64,000 nt of DNA from Promethearchaeota archaeon (GTDB taxonomy: Archaea; Asgardarchaeota; Thorarchaeia; Thorarchaeales; Thorarchaeaceae): the NCBI GenBank assembly GCA_014728035.1, contig WJMJ01000071.1, forward strand, positions 64,001 to 128,000. Reading direction: 5' to 3'. Below, piece after piece: positions 29,114 to 38,956 of the stretch. Under the pieces are notes generated by a model. That model saw only the letters and a program-made list of their open reading frames with translations, was not told the DNA's origin and did no database searches. The translations under genes were made by a program, and so were the position numbers. Positions within the stretch are counted from its first letter, which is position 1. The number at the start of each line of letters is the position of its first letter.

Positions 29114-29746
29114 ATGGCGATACAACTTGTCGTTTTTGATGTTGACGGAACACTAACCTGTCACTCAAGTATTTGGTGGCGATTGCACGAACATTTTGGC
29201 ACGGAAGAAGAAGGACGATTCTATTTTGACCAGTATTTTTCTGGTGCTATTACCTATAACGAATGGGCAGCTTTTGATGCAGGGTTATGGAAAGGACGAA
29301 AACTCACCGAGATTCATCCGGTTGTTGAAAGCACAAAACTTGTCCCTGGAGCAAAGCAAACGATTCATAGACTAAAAGAACATGGCGTAAAAGTTGCCAT
29401 ATTGTCTGGTGGACTTGATGTCCTCGCTTATGATGTTGCAAGAAAGGTTGGTATTGAATATGTTCTGACAAACAGATTACTTCATGAGGATGGAATTCTA
29501 TCTGGTTCGGTTGAGGTCAATGTTGGTTGGGCAGGAAAAGTCATCGAGATAAAACGGATTGCAGACCATTTCGGTGTGGACTTGAAAGAAGTTGCTTATG
29601 TTGGAGATGGAAGGAATGATATTTCTGTGTTCAATACTGTAGGTCTCTCAATAGCTTTTCGAGCAGAAGACAAAGAAGTAGCCGAGGCCGCCATGATAAA
29701 GGTTCAAGGTGACGACCTTACTGACATACTTCAACATATCATATAG
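29114..29746 (+). CDS. HAD phosphatase, phosphoserine-phosphatase (SerB)-like
   Basis: FDVDGTL, ILSGG, GK, YVGDGRND. Confidence 0.88.
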   Translation: MAIQLVVFDVDGTLTCHSSIWWRLHEHFGTEEEGRFYFDQYFSGAITYNEWAAFDAGLWKGRKLTEIHPVVESTKLVPGAKQTIHRLKEHGVKVAILSGGLDVLAYDVARKVGIEYVLTNRLLHEDGILSGSVEVNVGWAGKVIEIKRIADHFGVDLKEVAYVGDGRNDISVFNTVGLSIAFRAEDKEVAEAAMIKVQGDDLTDILQHII

Positions 29747-30917
29747 GAGTTCCCCAAATGAGGAGTGCAAAGACATATGCTTGTAGTAAAATTATCATTG
29801 CTCCCTCAAATAAATCCAAATGATGATCATCTGTGATTGCCCGTTTAAGGAACCATAGACTTCCAGCTATCACTATTAATTGGAATAAGACATATCTATT
29901 CATTGGAATTGGTACAAAAATTCCTATTCCTCCACTAACTAATAGGATAATCTGCAAAACACCTCCTATTAGATTACCTACAGCAAGTCCAATCTTTCCT
30001 TTTGCAGCTGCAATTAATGCGATTCCATGTTCTGGAATAGCTCCAGCTGCACCCAAAATTACTGCTGCAATTGTGACAGGATTTGCAAAGTCCGAAATAA
30101 TATGATTATACTCATGAAGAAGTATCTCTACAGAAGAGGTTAGTATTTCCCCTGCAAGGAAAATTCCAATGAAGCCTATTACTGCAAGGATTGCAGCTGT
30201 TCTTCTCGAATGATGTGCTTCAGCTATTTCGGTATCTTCAGTTTTATCTTCTGTTACTAACGAGTATGCATAAATAATATATGAAAAGAAGAGAATGAAT
30301 GATGCTTCCCATGGAATGAAGAACTGTGCGTTTGCACTCTCCGCAAATGCTACATCAACAATTCCCAGTGCGAATATAGAAATCAATGCGACAATGGTCC
30401 ATCTTAGTAATACCGAGTCTTTCTTGATAGCTTCTTCTGGAACTGGCATGTCATCTTTTCCTTTTGTGGATATAATAATGGTAAGTCCAAGAAGAATCAT
30501 GTTGAATCCTGCTGCTATCAATACAGAAAGAACAGCTATGGTCTTTAGCTCTGGTTGATTAGTTATCTCTCCACTGTAAGCTGCTATTCCACTTATTGCT
30601 GCCTCTGGCATGTTGCTTGCCAAGCTTGAAAACATTCCTGCAACATAAGCAGTCAATCCGAGGTGTCCAGCACCACTTTCAATTCCCTCGACTGCCCACT
30701 CTGAAGGCCTAAATGCTAACCATGTTCCACATAACAAGCCCAACACTATTACAAGTGTCGCTTCAATCCCCGAAAATCTCAGATAAAAGTACAGAATTAT
30801 TAGCATTAGAAAGAATATCATTTCCTTTTTACTTGCAGCTAAAGAATCGGATATTTTCTTGTATCCATGTTCTTGATGCTCGGAATTAGGAGTTTCAGTC
30901 AATTCAATTCCTCCCAA
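29739..30917 (-). CDS. Ca2+/cation antiporter (CaCA family)
   Basis: Alpha-repeat motifs ASNMPEA and GAIPEH, LAVGNLIG; about 11 TM helices. Confidence 0.88.
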   Translation of the reverse strand: MGGIELTETPNSEHQEHGYKKISDSLAASKKEMIFFLMLIILYFYLRFSGIEATLVIVLGLLCGTWLAFRPSEWAVEGIESGAGHLGLTAYVAGMFSSLASNMPEAAISGIAAYSGEITNQPELKTIAVLSVLIAAGFNMILLGLTIIISTKGKDDMPVPEEAIKKDSVLLRWTIVALISIFALGIVDVAFAESANAQFFIPWEASFILFFSYIIYAYSLVTEDKTEDTEIAEAHHSRRTAAILAVIGFIGIFLAGEILTSSVEILLHEYNHIISDFANPVTIAAVILGAAGAIPEHGIALIAAAKGKIGLAVGNLIGGVLQIILLVSGGIGIFVPIPMNRYVLFQLIVIAGSLWFLKRAITDDHHLDLFEGAMIILLQAYVFALLIWGTPI

Positions 30918-31020
30918 CTTTACGATGCAATAGATAATCTGACCTATAACATTGCTGGGTATTGGTCTGCTGACAGAGAGCTACTCGGACTTTTTGAGAG
31001 ATAGTATTTTTGATGGTTAT

Positions 31021-32184
31021 TTATCCTGGATGATGATATGGATATCTGGAACCCGATCCAGTATTTAGAAGTACAACATCCTCATCATAATCAATATCAC
31101 CCGATTCAACAAGATGTCTGATTCCAGCTAGACCAACAGCTGCTTCAGGACAAAAATCAATTCCTTCCATTCTTGCAGCGATACTTCTGGCTGCGCGGAT
31201 TTCTTGTTCTATTACAGCTACTGCACCACCTCCTGACCCTCGTAGTGCACCTAAAATAAGACGGTCTGCAAATGGACTTGGTACTCGAAGACCATACGCC
31301 TCAGTTTCTCCATTGTCCCAAGGTTCTATTGTAAGGGCATTTTTCTCCATTGCTCTAACAACAGGTGCACATCCTGCACTCTGAGCAGCATATAACCTTG
31401 GCTTCTTATAATCAAGTAATCCAATAGCTTCGAGTTCTTCTACAGCTTTCCATATTCCAATAAGAGCTGTGCCACCTCCAGTTGGACAGATAATTGCATC
31501 TGGCATACTCCACCCCATTTGTTCAGCTATCTCAAACCCTAACGTCTTTTTACCCTCTACTCTATATGGCTCTTTTGTAGTTGAAAGGTCTGTCCATCCC
31601 CCATCATATTCTTTCATCACTCTTCCTGCGTCAGTAATTGTACCAGATACCTTCTCGATATCTGCACCGTACATTTGACAGGTACGGAAAAACGGTTCTG
31701 GCGTGTCTTCTGGCATGAATATCTTAGCCAGGACTCCAGCAGCAGCTGAGTATGCACTAGTAGATACTCCTGCATTACCCGCTGAAGGCAGAGCAAAAGA
31801 TTTTGCTCCTAGCTCTAGATGTTTGGAAATCGCAACACAGAGACCTCTATCTTTGAAACTTTGAGTTGGATTCATCGCTTCGTTTTTTATCCTCAGAAGT
31901 TTCAATCCTACATGTTTTCCTAATTGCCTCGTAGTTAGAAGGGGCGTCCATCCTTCTCCTAATCTAACAACGAATGATGGTGATTTTACAGGGAGCAGTT
32001 GTGAATATCTCCATAATGAGTTTATTTTTGATGGAAACATACCTGCTTGAATCTCATCAATGACACTCATCATATCATAAATTGCAAAGAGTGGTGAACC
32101 ACATACGCAATAGCTTGCCTTTGCATCAGCTGAGTGTATTCTGTGACACTGTGGGCATTCTAAATGGGTGATGTATGAGAACAT
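31021..32184 (-). CDS. thrC: Threonine synthase-like PLP enzyme
   Basis: N-terminal Zn ribbon, LGEGWTPL, NPTQSFKDRG, SAGNAG, EGKKT, PTGGG, NTGSG. Confidence 0.9.
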   Translation of the reverse strand: MFSYITHLECPQCHRIHSADAKASYCVCGSPLFAIYDMMSVIDEIQAGMFPSKINSLWRYSQLLPVKSPSFVVRLGEGWTPLLTTRQLGKHVGLKLLRIKNEAMNPTQSFKDRGLCVAISKHLELGAKSFALPSAGNAGVSTSAYSAAAGVLAKIFMPEDTPEPFFRTCQMYGADIEKVSGTITDAGRVMKEYDGGWTDLSTTKEPYRVEGKKTLGFEIAEQMGWSMPDAIICPTGGGTALIGIWKAVEELEAIGLLDYKKPRLYAAQSAGCAPVVRAMEKNALTIEPWDNGETEAYGLRVPSPFADRLILGALRGSGGGAVAVIEQEIRAARSIAARMEGIDFCPEAAVGLAGIRHLVESGDIDYDEDVVLLNTGSGSRYPYHHPG

Positions 32185-32258
32185 GTTTTTCTCAACGATA
32201 CGTAAAGGGACAGCCTTATTTGAGTTTACCACTTTTCTTGCTTCGATGTGGGGTATCT

Positions 32259-33464
32259 ATGTCTGAATCAAAACGTTCTGTTCTTCCCTTTACAGCACTA
32301 GTTGGTCTCGATCGTTTGAAACTTGCTCTAATTCTAAATGGGGTCAACCCGCGAATTGGTGGAGTCTTAGTTTCAGGTCCTAAAGGTACAGGTAAAACCA
32401 CCGTAGTACGAGCTTTAGCAGACTTACTTCCTGAAGTTGATGTTATCGAAGACTGTAGGTTTGGTTGTAATCCTCGTGATATCGAATCTTTGTGTGTTGA
32501 ATGTGTGGCTAGGATATCTTCTGGTGAAGAGTTAGTCCAAAAGAAACGACCTATGCGAGTAGTAAATCTTCCACTCTCAACGACAGAAGATCGTTTGATT
32601 GGAGCTCTTGACATAGAGAGAGTTCTCCAAGAGGGGATACAAGCACTAAAACCAGGAATTCTAGCAGAAGCACATCAAAATGTACTATATGTTGATGAAG
32701 TCAATCTGCTTCCGGATCATCTGGTTGATGACCTTCTAGATGCAGCTGCTACAAAGGTAAACGTAATTGAACGAGAGGGTATTTCGATATCGCATCCTTC
32801 TAATTTCATCTTGATGGGTTCTATGAATCCAGAAGAAGGTGAACTTAGACCTCAATTATTGGATCGATTTCCATTACATGTTTCTGTTAGTTCAAATCAT
32901 TCTATTGAAGATAGAATGGAGCTTGTTCGTAGGAATTTGGAATTTGAATCCGATCCCAATGCATTCAGAGAGGAATATCGTCCATATCAAAACGAACTTC
33001 GAGAACGGATATTGAAAGCCCAAGAATTACTTCCTGATGTTATGCTCTCTGATGGTAAATTACGTGCTATTGCAATGGCTTGTGATGCTCTTGAAGTTGA
33101 TGGTGTTAGACCAGATATCATCATTAGTAAAACCGCAATCACAAATGCAGCTCTTGATGGCAGAACAGAAGTCAATCTTGATGACATGCAATTAGCAGCA
33201 CAATTGACTCTTAGTCATAGAACACGAAGAGGTGGATTGCTTGAACCTCCTTCCTCTGAAGATATCAGCACAGCTATAGCTCGAGCTGCTGATGTCAGTG
33301 AAAAGAAGGATCGCCGCAAATCACCTACTCAGGTACCTCCAGAAGAGAAGTCATCTGACGAATCTGAAAAAGGAACGCGTTTTAGTGGAGGTAAATTTGG
33401 AAGGCAATCTCGGTATGCTGTAGGCGGAAAACAAGAAGGGAAAAAGAAACAGCCAAAAAAATAA
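32259..33464 (+). CDS. Magnesium/cobalt chelatase ChlI/BchI-like AAA+ ATPase (0-frame product of a frameshifted chlD-like gene)
   Basis: GPKGTGKT, TEDRLIG, LYVDEVNLL, EREGIS, MNPEEGELRPQLLDRF, VDGVRPD, LSHR. Confidence 0.92.
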   Translation: MSESKRSVLPFTALVGLDRLKLALILNGVNPRIGGVLVSGPKGTGKTTVVRALADLLPEVDVIEDCRFGCNPRDIESLCVECVARISSGEELVQKKRPMRVVNLPLSTTEDRLIGALDIERVLQEGIQALKPGILAEAHQNVLYVDEVNLLPDHLVDDLLDAAATKVNVIEREGISISHPSNFILMGSMNPEEGELRPQLLDRFPLHVSVSSNHSIEDRMELVRRNLEFESDPNAFREEYRPYQNELRERILKAQELLPDVMLSDGKLRAIAMACDALEVDGVRPDIIISKTAITNAALDGRTEVNLDDMQLAAQLTLSHRTRRGGLLEPPSSEDISTAIARAADVSEKKDRRKSPTQVPPEEKSSDESEKGTRFSGGKFGRQSRYAVGGKQEGKKKQPKK

Positions 33465-33496
33465 GGAACCCCCGAGGTGACCCTATCAAGGGCACG
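33455..33496 (+). other. Putative programmed -1 frameshift signal (A_AAA_AAA followed by TAA, with downstream hairpin)
   Basis: CCA AAA AAA TAA. The -1 frame is open (IRNPRGDPIKGTICAI) into ORF 33509. Hairpin GTG-A-CCCT-ATCA-AGGG-CAC at 33477-33496. Confidence 0.75.
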
Positions 33497-34939
33497 ATTT
33501 GTGCTATAATGGCTATGGTCGTGTTTGGTTATCTTGGGTGGCTATTGCTGAATCCCTTCCACTTCATACTTGGTATTCCAATTGGTTCCATTCTTCCAAT
33601 ACCTATCGTCATAGTTCTCACCGTAGTCTATATTCCGATGATATACTATATTGTTCGGTATTGGTTACGTACTATGACAAAAAGGAAAAGTGGTCCAGCT
33701 AGTGGTATTGATACAGTTGAAGCTGGGCCTGCAAAAGCTGAGGATGGCGACCAATGGGGACGTGCATCAATGCCCTACAAAGCTAAGCATAAATCAAAAG
33801 TGATTGGATCAAAATCCGAGATTCGCGACCCACCAGTTGATTTAGGCTCAGAGTTCTTCACGAAAACTCCTGATTTAGATACAGGTGAACCAATATTCGA
33901 TGTTGAGGAGCTTAAGGCTAAAGCAATGATTCGTTCAAAAATCACATCTGGCGGTTGGATCAACAAAAGAGTAAGTTCACGAGGTGTCGGTTCTCTTAAA
34001 GCCTCAGAAACTGCTCAATATGGAAGACCTATACGATCTCGTCAACCGACAGGCGACTTGGGTAGTATAGACTTGCCAGCGACAATTGTTAGAGCTATAG
34101 GTAGAACTGGAAAATTAGCACCAGGTCAGCAGTTGGAAATCAAATCGTCCGATATACGTGAAAAAGTGTTTACTGGGCATACACCCTTGACTATTCTTCT
34201 CGTAATAGATGTGAGCCTATCTATGAAATCTAGTAGAAAGCAGATTCGCAAACTACTTGAAAGAATTGAAAGAGAAACACGTGGTTCAAAAGATAGAACT
34301 GGAATTGTAGCTTTCAAAGAGAGTGGAGCTATTGAAGTTCAAGCTCCAACGACAAACTGGAACAAGATATACAGAGCTCTTTCCAAACTACGGATTTCTG
34401 GACTGACCCCTCTTGCAGAAGCGGTCATGAAATCTCTGGAGATTATCAAGCGAGAACGGATGCGAAATCGCGATATTGAGCCCCTAATTGTAATTATTTC
34501 TGATTTTGCTCCAAATATTCCACTTGCTCAATCTGTTGGACCTGGTCATCTCGAATATACTCCAGTTCGTGATATAGTGCGAGCTGCTAGAATAGCGAAG
34601 AAATCAGATGTTCGTATTGCTACTGTGAATGTAGACCCATCTCAAATGAACTGGATTCGCTTTCTAAAGAGACCCTATCACGAAGCACTTGAATTGGCTA
34701 CTATGCTTCGAATGAAGAAAGAAGGTTTTGACGACCCAATCGAAACTATTCTGTCTGTTCATGAGTTTCGCCAGACCTTTGGGGCATATCTGATTGCCAA
34801 AGTAGGCGGCGGAAAATGTTTCCTTTCAAAGGAGTTATTGAAGAAGGACTCGATTCTTAGTGAATTCATATCCGGTGCTCACAGTAAATCAACTATTCGC
34901 TCGGAAGACCTTAAGGCTGCAGAGTCGTATATCACTTGA
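33461..34939 (+). CDS. ChlD-like C-terminal part: two TM helices, linker and vWA domain (-1 frame)
   Basis: IDLPATIVRA..DIREKV linker, VIDVSLSM MIDAS, GLTPLA and IISDF; hydrophobic hairpin at the N-terminus. Confidence 0.85.
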   Translation: MRNPRGDPIKGTICAIMAMVVFGYLGWLLLNPFHFILGIPIGSILPIPIVIVLTVVYIPMIYYIVRYWLRTMTKRKSGPASGIDTVEAGPAKAEDGDQWGRASMPYKAKHKSKVIGSKSEIRDPPVDLGSEFFTKTPDLDTGEPIFDVEELKAKAMIRSKITSGGWINKRVSSRGVGSLKASETAQYGRPIRSRQPTGDLGSIDLPATIVRAIGRTGKLAPGQQLEIKSSDIREKVFTGHTPLTILLVIDVSLSMKSSRKQIRKLLERIERETRGSKDRTGIVAFKESGAIEVQAPTTNWNKIYRALSKLRISGLTPLAEAVMKSLEIIKRERMRNRDIEPLIVIISDFAPNIPLAQSVGPGHLEYTPVRDIVRAARIAKKSDVRIATVNVDPSQMNWIRFLKRPYHEALELATMLRMKKEGFDDPIETILSVHEFRQTFGAYLIAKVGGGKCFLSKELLKKDSILSEFISGAHSKSTIRSEDLKAAESYIT

Positions 34940-35120
34940 CCGGACTGATGCATTGCCAGCTCGATGGTGTTATTAATACAATATGACAAGAATGAATGCG
35001 CATCAAGTCTGATTTGCCCTGGTGTCATAGTGAGTGTGGAGAGCCCAGTCTGGGTTTCTATGATACTACTTTTCATACATCAGGTACAAGACTTATGCGC
35101 ACTAGATTGAATGAGGTCCA

Positions 35121-36140
35121 ATGATGCGTCCCGGAAAGATTCCACCTGACTTACTAGTCAAGTATGTATTTTCCCATTTAGGTAAAATGGATGAGTCTGT
35201 AATTCTAGGTCCGCATTTGGGGGAAGATGCATCATTAATAGAGATTGGAGACTATGTCATAGCGGCAGCAACTGATCCAATTACTGGTTCTATATCTGAT
35301 GTTGGTTGGTTAGCAGTACATGTAAACGCAAATGATATTGCCACCTTTGGTATTCCCCCATCTTGGTTTCTATCATCTATTCTTCTTCCTGAAACAATCG
35401 ATGAAACATCCATCGAACAAATAATGAATCAGATGGATAGTGCAGCAAAGTCATTGGGAGTTTCTATTGCTGGAGGCCATACTGAGGTAACTACAGGGAT
35501 TGATAGACCTATTGTTGCAGGATTCATGTTAGGAATTACTAAACGCGGATGTTACGTGACATCAAGTGGAGCAAATCCTGGTGATGAAATCTTACTAACA
35601 AAATATGCTGGCTTGGAGGGGACTTCCATTCTTGCAACTGAAGGAGAAAGATATCTTAGACAAGCAATCGATTCTTCCATACTTAAAGAAGCCCAGAAGC
35701 TTAAACAACAAATAAGCGTGGTTGAAGATGGAGTACAGGCATATCGAACTGGTCATGTTACTGCCATGCACGATCCTACAGAAGGTGGTGTTGCTAATGG
35801 TCTTCATGAGATGTGTGATGCAGGTAATTTGGGATGCCGTATCAATGGCAATTCTATCCCTGTGCATGAATCTACATTCGAAATCTGTAGGTTTCTTGAC
35901 ATCGATGTTCTTCAACTTATTAGTAGTGGAAGTATGCTGATTGCATGTGATGCTGGAAAATCTAAAAAGGTAGTTGATACATTATTTTCATTTGGTATAA
36001 ACACTGTGAAAATTGGTGAGTTTTTGGAAGATTCACAAACTCGAGTTATCAATCAGCATGAACAGGAGAAATCTTTGCCTAGACCTAATACTGATGCCCT
36101 TTGGAACGCACTTAGGTTAGTAAATCAAGAAAATCCTTGA
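35121..36140 (+). CDS. AIR-synthase/PurM-like (HypE/ThiL-related) family protein
   Basis: GKIPP, GEDA, TDPI, VNANDIAT, GGHTE, HDPTEGG, SSGSML. Confidence 0.9.
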   Translation: MMRPGKIPPDLLVKYVFSHLGKMDESVILGPHLGEDASLIEIGDYVIAAATDPITGSISDVGWLAVHVNANDIATFGIPPSWFLSSILLPETIDETSIEQIMNQMDSAAKSLGVSIAGGHTEVTTGIDRPIVAGFMLGITKRGCYVTSSGANPGDEILLTKYAGLEGTSILATEGERYLRQAIDSSILKEAQKLKQQISVVEDGVQAYRTGHVTAMHDPTEGGVANGLHEMCDAGNLGCRINGNSIPVHESTFEICRFLDIDVLQLISSGSMLIACDAGKSKKVVDTLFSFGINTVKIGEFLEDSQTRVINQHEQEKSLPRPNTDALWNALRLVNQENP

Positions 36141-36897
36141 CTTTTTCTACTTCTTCTTGTTTTATAGTTTCGATGATGATAGGTGAAACGGAAACATTCT
36201 CTTCAACCAATACAACATGTGCATCAGTATCTTTTGGTGTTTCAAGAAACTCACCATCTATCCAATAATATGGTGACTGGTTAGGGTCGATTCGCTGGTC
36301 TAATGTATTCGCCATTCTGCATCGAACAGGGCGTGTGGCCTTTATTTCTGGATTTTTCCGCATATCCAAAGGGAAATTTATGTTTAAAGCATCAATGCCT
36401 TCTGGCAATCCATTCTTTATTACAGCTTTAATTATTTTTGTAGCGATTCTGCTCATCTCTGCATAATCTCTATCACTAGCATGATTGTTGAACCATTCAT
36501 TTGGGTTCACTGTCATAGAAACTGCAATTGCGGGATATCCAAGAATGGCTGCTTCCATTACAATTCCGACTGTTCCGCTTGTCATCATACTCTGATACCC
36601 TAAATTAGCTCCTGCATTGATTCCTGCAATGAAAATGTCGATATCATCAAAGAATGAGTTAGCTATCACTACAGAATCCGCTGGCATTCCAGAATGTTTC
36701 AACATCTTAATGTCTGTTTCAATTTCGGTTTCTATAATTCTGAGGGGATGATTCAAGGTCATGCTTTTTCCGGAACCACTTCTTTGTTGATCTGGCACAA
36801 TGACGATTACCTCTCCTAAGTCTGATAGATTTTTGGCAAAGACTCTCAGACTGCGACCATCTGGGCCATCATCATTTGCTAAACATATTTTTGTCAT
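36112..36897 (-). CDS. surE: 5'/3'-nucleotidase SurE
   Basis: ANDDG, SGSGKS, GMPADSV, GINAGANLG, SGTV, LNINFP. Confidence 0.93.
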   Translation of the reverse strand: MTKICLANDDGPDGRSLRVFAKNLSDLGEVIVIVPDQQRSGSGKSMTLNHPLRIIETEIETDIKMLKHSGMPADSVVIANSFFDDIDIFIAGINAGANLGYQSMMTSGTVGIVMEAAILGYPAIAVSMTVNPNEWFNNHASDRDYAEMSRIATKIIKAVIKNGLPEGIDALNINFPLDMRKNPEIKATRPVRCRMANTLDQRIDPNQSPYYWIDGEFLETPKDTDAHVVLVEENVSVSPIIIETIKQEEVEKVKDFLDLLT

Positions 36898-36963
36898 ACA
36901 TGAATCAATCCTTTTTGAGAGTACTTATCATATTTTGAATGGAATATGAATGTTCACCTGTAT

Positions 36964-38049
36964 CTAATTCTCAAGGATATCAACAATTCTTTTAGCTGCT
37001 TTTCCATCCCCATATGGGCTTATTCGTGATTCTTCTAGACCCTCTGATATAGCATCTTTAATTGTTGGAACAAATTTCGATGGGTTGACCCCTACTAGAG
37101 TTGCATGACCGGATTCGATAGCTTCAGGCCTCTCTGTTGAGGTTCTCAGTACGAATACTCTCTTATTGATAGACGGTGCAGTTGCTTCCTCTTGAATTCC
37201 ACCTGAGTCAGTAAGAATGAATTTGCTGTCCAATATCAATCGCAAAAAATCAAGATATGCTACAGGTTGAATTATTTTGATTTTTCCACATTTTTCAATT
37301 CTATCAACCAAATCGAATTGCTCCAACCTTGAAACCGTTCTTGGATGTGCTGGGAACAAAATCGGTTCATCTAATGTAATCAGTCCCTCTATCAACTTGG
37401 TCAGTATCTTCTGGTCATCAACATTTTCAGCTCTATGTAATGTTAGAAGTATGTACTCCTCTAAATCATATTTTTCGATTGGATTGCTTCTTTTCTTGAC
37501 TAGAGGAATTCTAGATTCCAATGCATCAATTACTGTGTTACCTGTGATGTGGATTGAACCCCAAACATTTTCTTTTCTGAGGATTTCTGCAGATTTCTCA
37601 GTAGGAGCAAAGAGATAGCTTGATGCATGGTCTGTAAGTCTTCGATTATGTTCCTCTGGCATTCTTTGATCATAGCTGCGCAATCCTGCTTCGACATGTC
37701 CTACTGGGATATTCAACTTCACAGCAGCTAGAGTAGCAGAAAGAACTGCATTTGTATCACCTTGCACCAAAACGATATCAGGTTTGTATTTCAATAACTC
37801 TTTTTCGATTCCCACTAATGCCTTGGCTGTCTGTTCAGAATGTGAACCTGACCCTATTTCCAAATTTACATTAGGTTCTCTTAGACCCATATCTTCAAAA
37901 AATGATTTACTCATGAATTTTGAGTAGTGCTGACCTGTATGTAACAAGACGAATGAAATTCCTCTTCTCTCATATTCATGGGCAATGGGTGCCATTTTAA
38001 CAATTTCAGGTCTGGTTCCTACAACAATGAATGGCTTCAAGGGATTCAC
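36964..38049 (-). CDS. wecB: UDP-N-acetylglucosamine 2-epimerase (non-hydrolysing)
   Basis: GTRPEIVK, HTGQH, QGDTN, HVEAGLRS, HRAEN, DSGGIQEEA, TERPE, PYGDG. Confidence 0.95.
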   Translation of the reverse strand: MNPLKPFIVVGTRPEIVKMAPIAHEYERRGISFVLLHTGQHYSKFMSKSFFEDMGLREPNVNLEIGSGSHSEQTAKALVGIEKELLKYKPDIVLVQGDTNAVLSATLAAVKLNIPVGHVEAGLRSYDQRMPEEHNRRLTDHASSYLFAPTEKSAEILRKENVWGSIHITGNTVIDALESRIPLVKKRSNPIEKYDLEEYILLTLHRAENVDDQKILTKLIEGLITLDEPILFPAHPRTVSRLEQFDLVDRIEKCGKIKIIQPVAYLDFLRLILDSKFILTDSGGIQEEATAPSINKRVFVLRTSTERPEAIESGHATLVGVNPSKFVPTIKDAISEGLEESRISPYGDGKAAKRIVDILEN

Positions 38050-38182
38050 GAATCGGCTCTCCTTTCTACTTCTCATAAATATGTTGCTTCTATAAGGAGA
38101 AAAACCTATTTCACTCTCAAAACATCTTTAAACTAGATTTCCCATTGATTGTACGTCCAACAACATTGTAGGTGAACTGAAA

Positions 38183-38956
38183 ATGCGTTATGCTCTTGGT
38201 ATTCTTGTAGGATTCATTCTATCCGGTATAGTATTCATTGGATATGGATATCTTAAGTTACTTGGAATTGGTGTCACAGATTATATTGCATTACAAGGTC
38301 TTTGGGGATTGTTTTTATTGTGGACTGTAATCGCAATCGCAATTCTGGCAGCACCCTTACTTTTACTTCTTGTAATTCGTCGTTCATCGCTTCGTGAATT
38401 CTTCTTGTTTGAAGTTGGAGGTTTGGCTTTATTCAGTCCATTGTGGTTTCTTCTAATTTCAGAAGTAACAGGAACTAGTATCACAGAAGTCCTTATTGAT
38501 GGAGTTTCTAATGCTCTTCCTTCCGTTGGTGGTGATGGAACCATTGTTGCAGCTGATATGGGTGGTATTATACTTTCACCGATTCTTTTAGCCATGATGA
38601 TTTTTGGAATTATCATTCTAAGACCTTCCTTCATTCTGGAACATTCAATATCAACTCCTAGAGAAAAGAAGAAGCGTGAAAAATCAGAAGAACCAAAGTC
38701 AATTGAAGAAACTATGCCTGAGGTATCTCCCCCTAAAGCAGATGAGGAGAGTATTGCAGAATTGAAACAAACCCTTTCTGAGATTGGCATTGGCGATCAA
38801 TCTGTCGATGCATTACTTAATGCTGGTTTTTCATCTGTTACAGAAGTTATCGCAGCCAGTCCGAATAATCTAGCTCAAGCTTTGGGAACCGATAGAAAGT
38901 CGGCTGAAGAAATTCAATTGAAGGTTCAGAAAATTGCCTTCTTTGGGGGACTTTAA
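38183..38956 (+). CDS. Four-TM membrane protein with cytoplasmic helix-hairpin-helix domain
   Basis: Four hydrophobic helices, then GIGDQSVDALLNAGFSSVTEVIAASPNNLAQALG (RadA-N/HhH-like). Confidence 0.7.
   Translation: MRYALGILVGFILSGIVFIGYGYLKLLGIGVTDYIALQGLWGLFLLWTVIAIAILAAPLLLLLVIRRSSLREFFLFEVGGLALFSPLWFLLISEVTGTSITEVLIDGVSNALPSVGGDGTIVAADMGGIILSPILLAMMIFGIIILRPSFILEHSISTPREKKKREKSEEPKSIEETMPEVSPPKADEESIAELKQTLSEIGIGDQSVDALLNAGFSSVTEVIAASPNNLAQALGTDRKSAEEIQLKVQKIAFFGGL

Noticed and set aside
32259-34939. Pseudogene or evidence of chlorophyll synthesis
   Set aside because: Both halves keep their catalytic motifs, the break falls exactly on a canonical slippery heptamer in the linker, and no chlH or other bch genes are present.
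35100-35130. Selenoprotein SelD with upstream in-frame TGA
   Set aside because: An in-frame TAG lies three codons upstream of the TGA, there is no GxGCK motif, and the TGA is part of the GAGGT RBS region.
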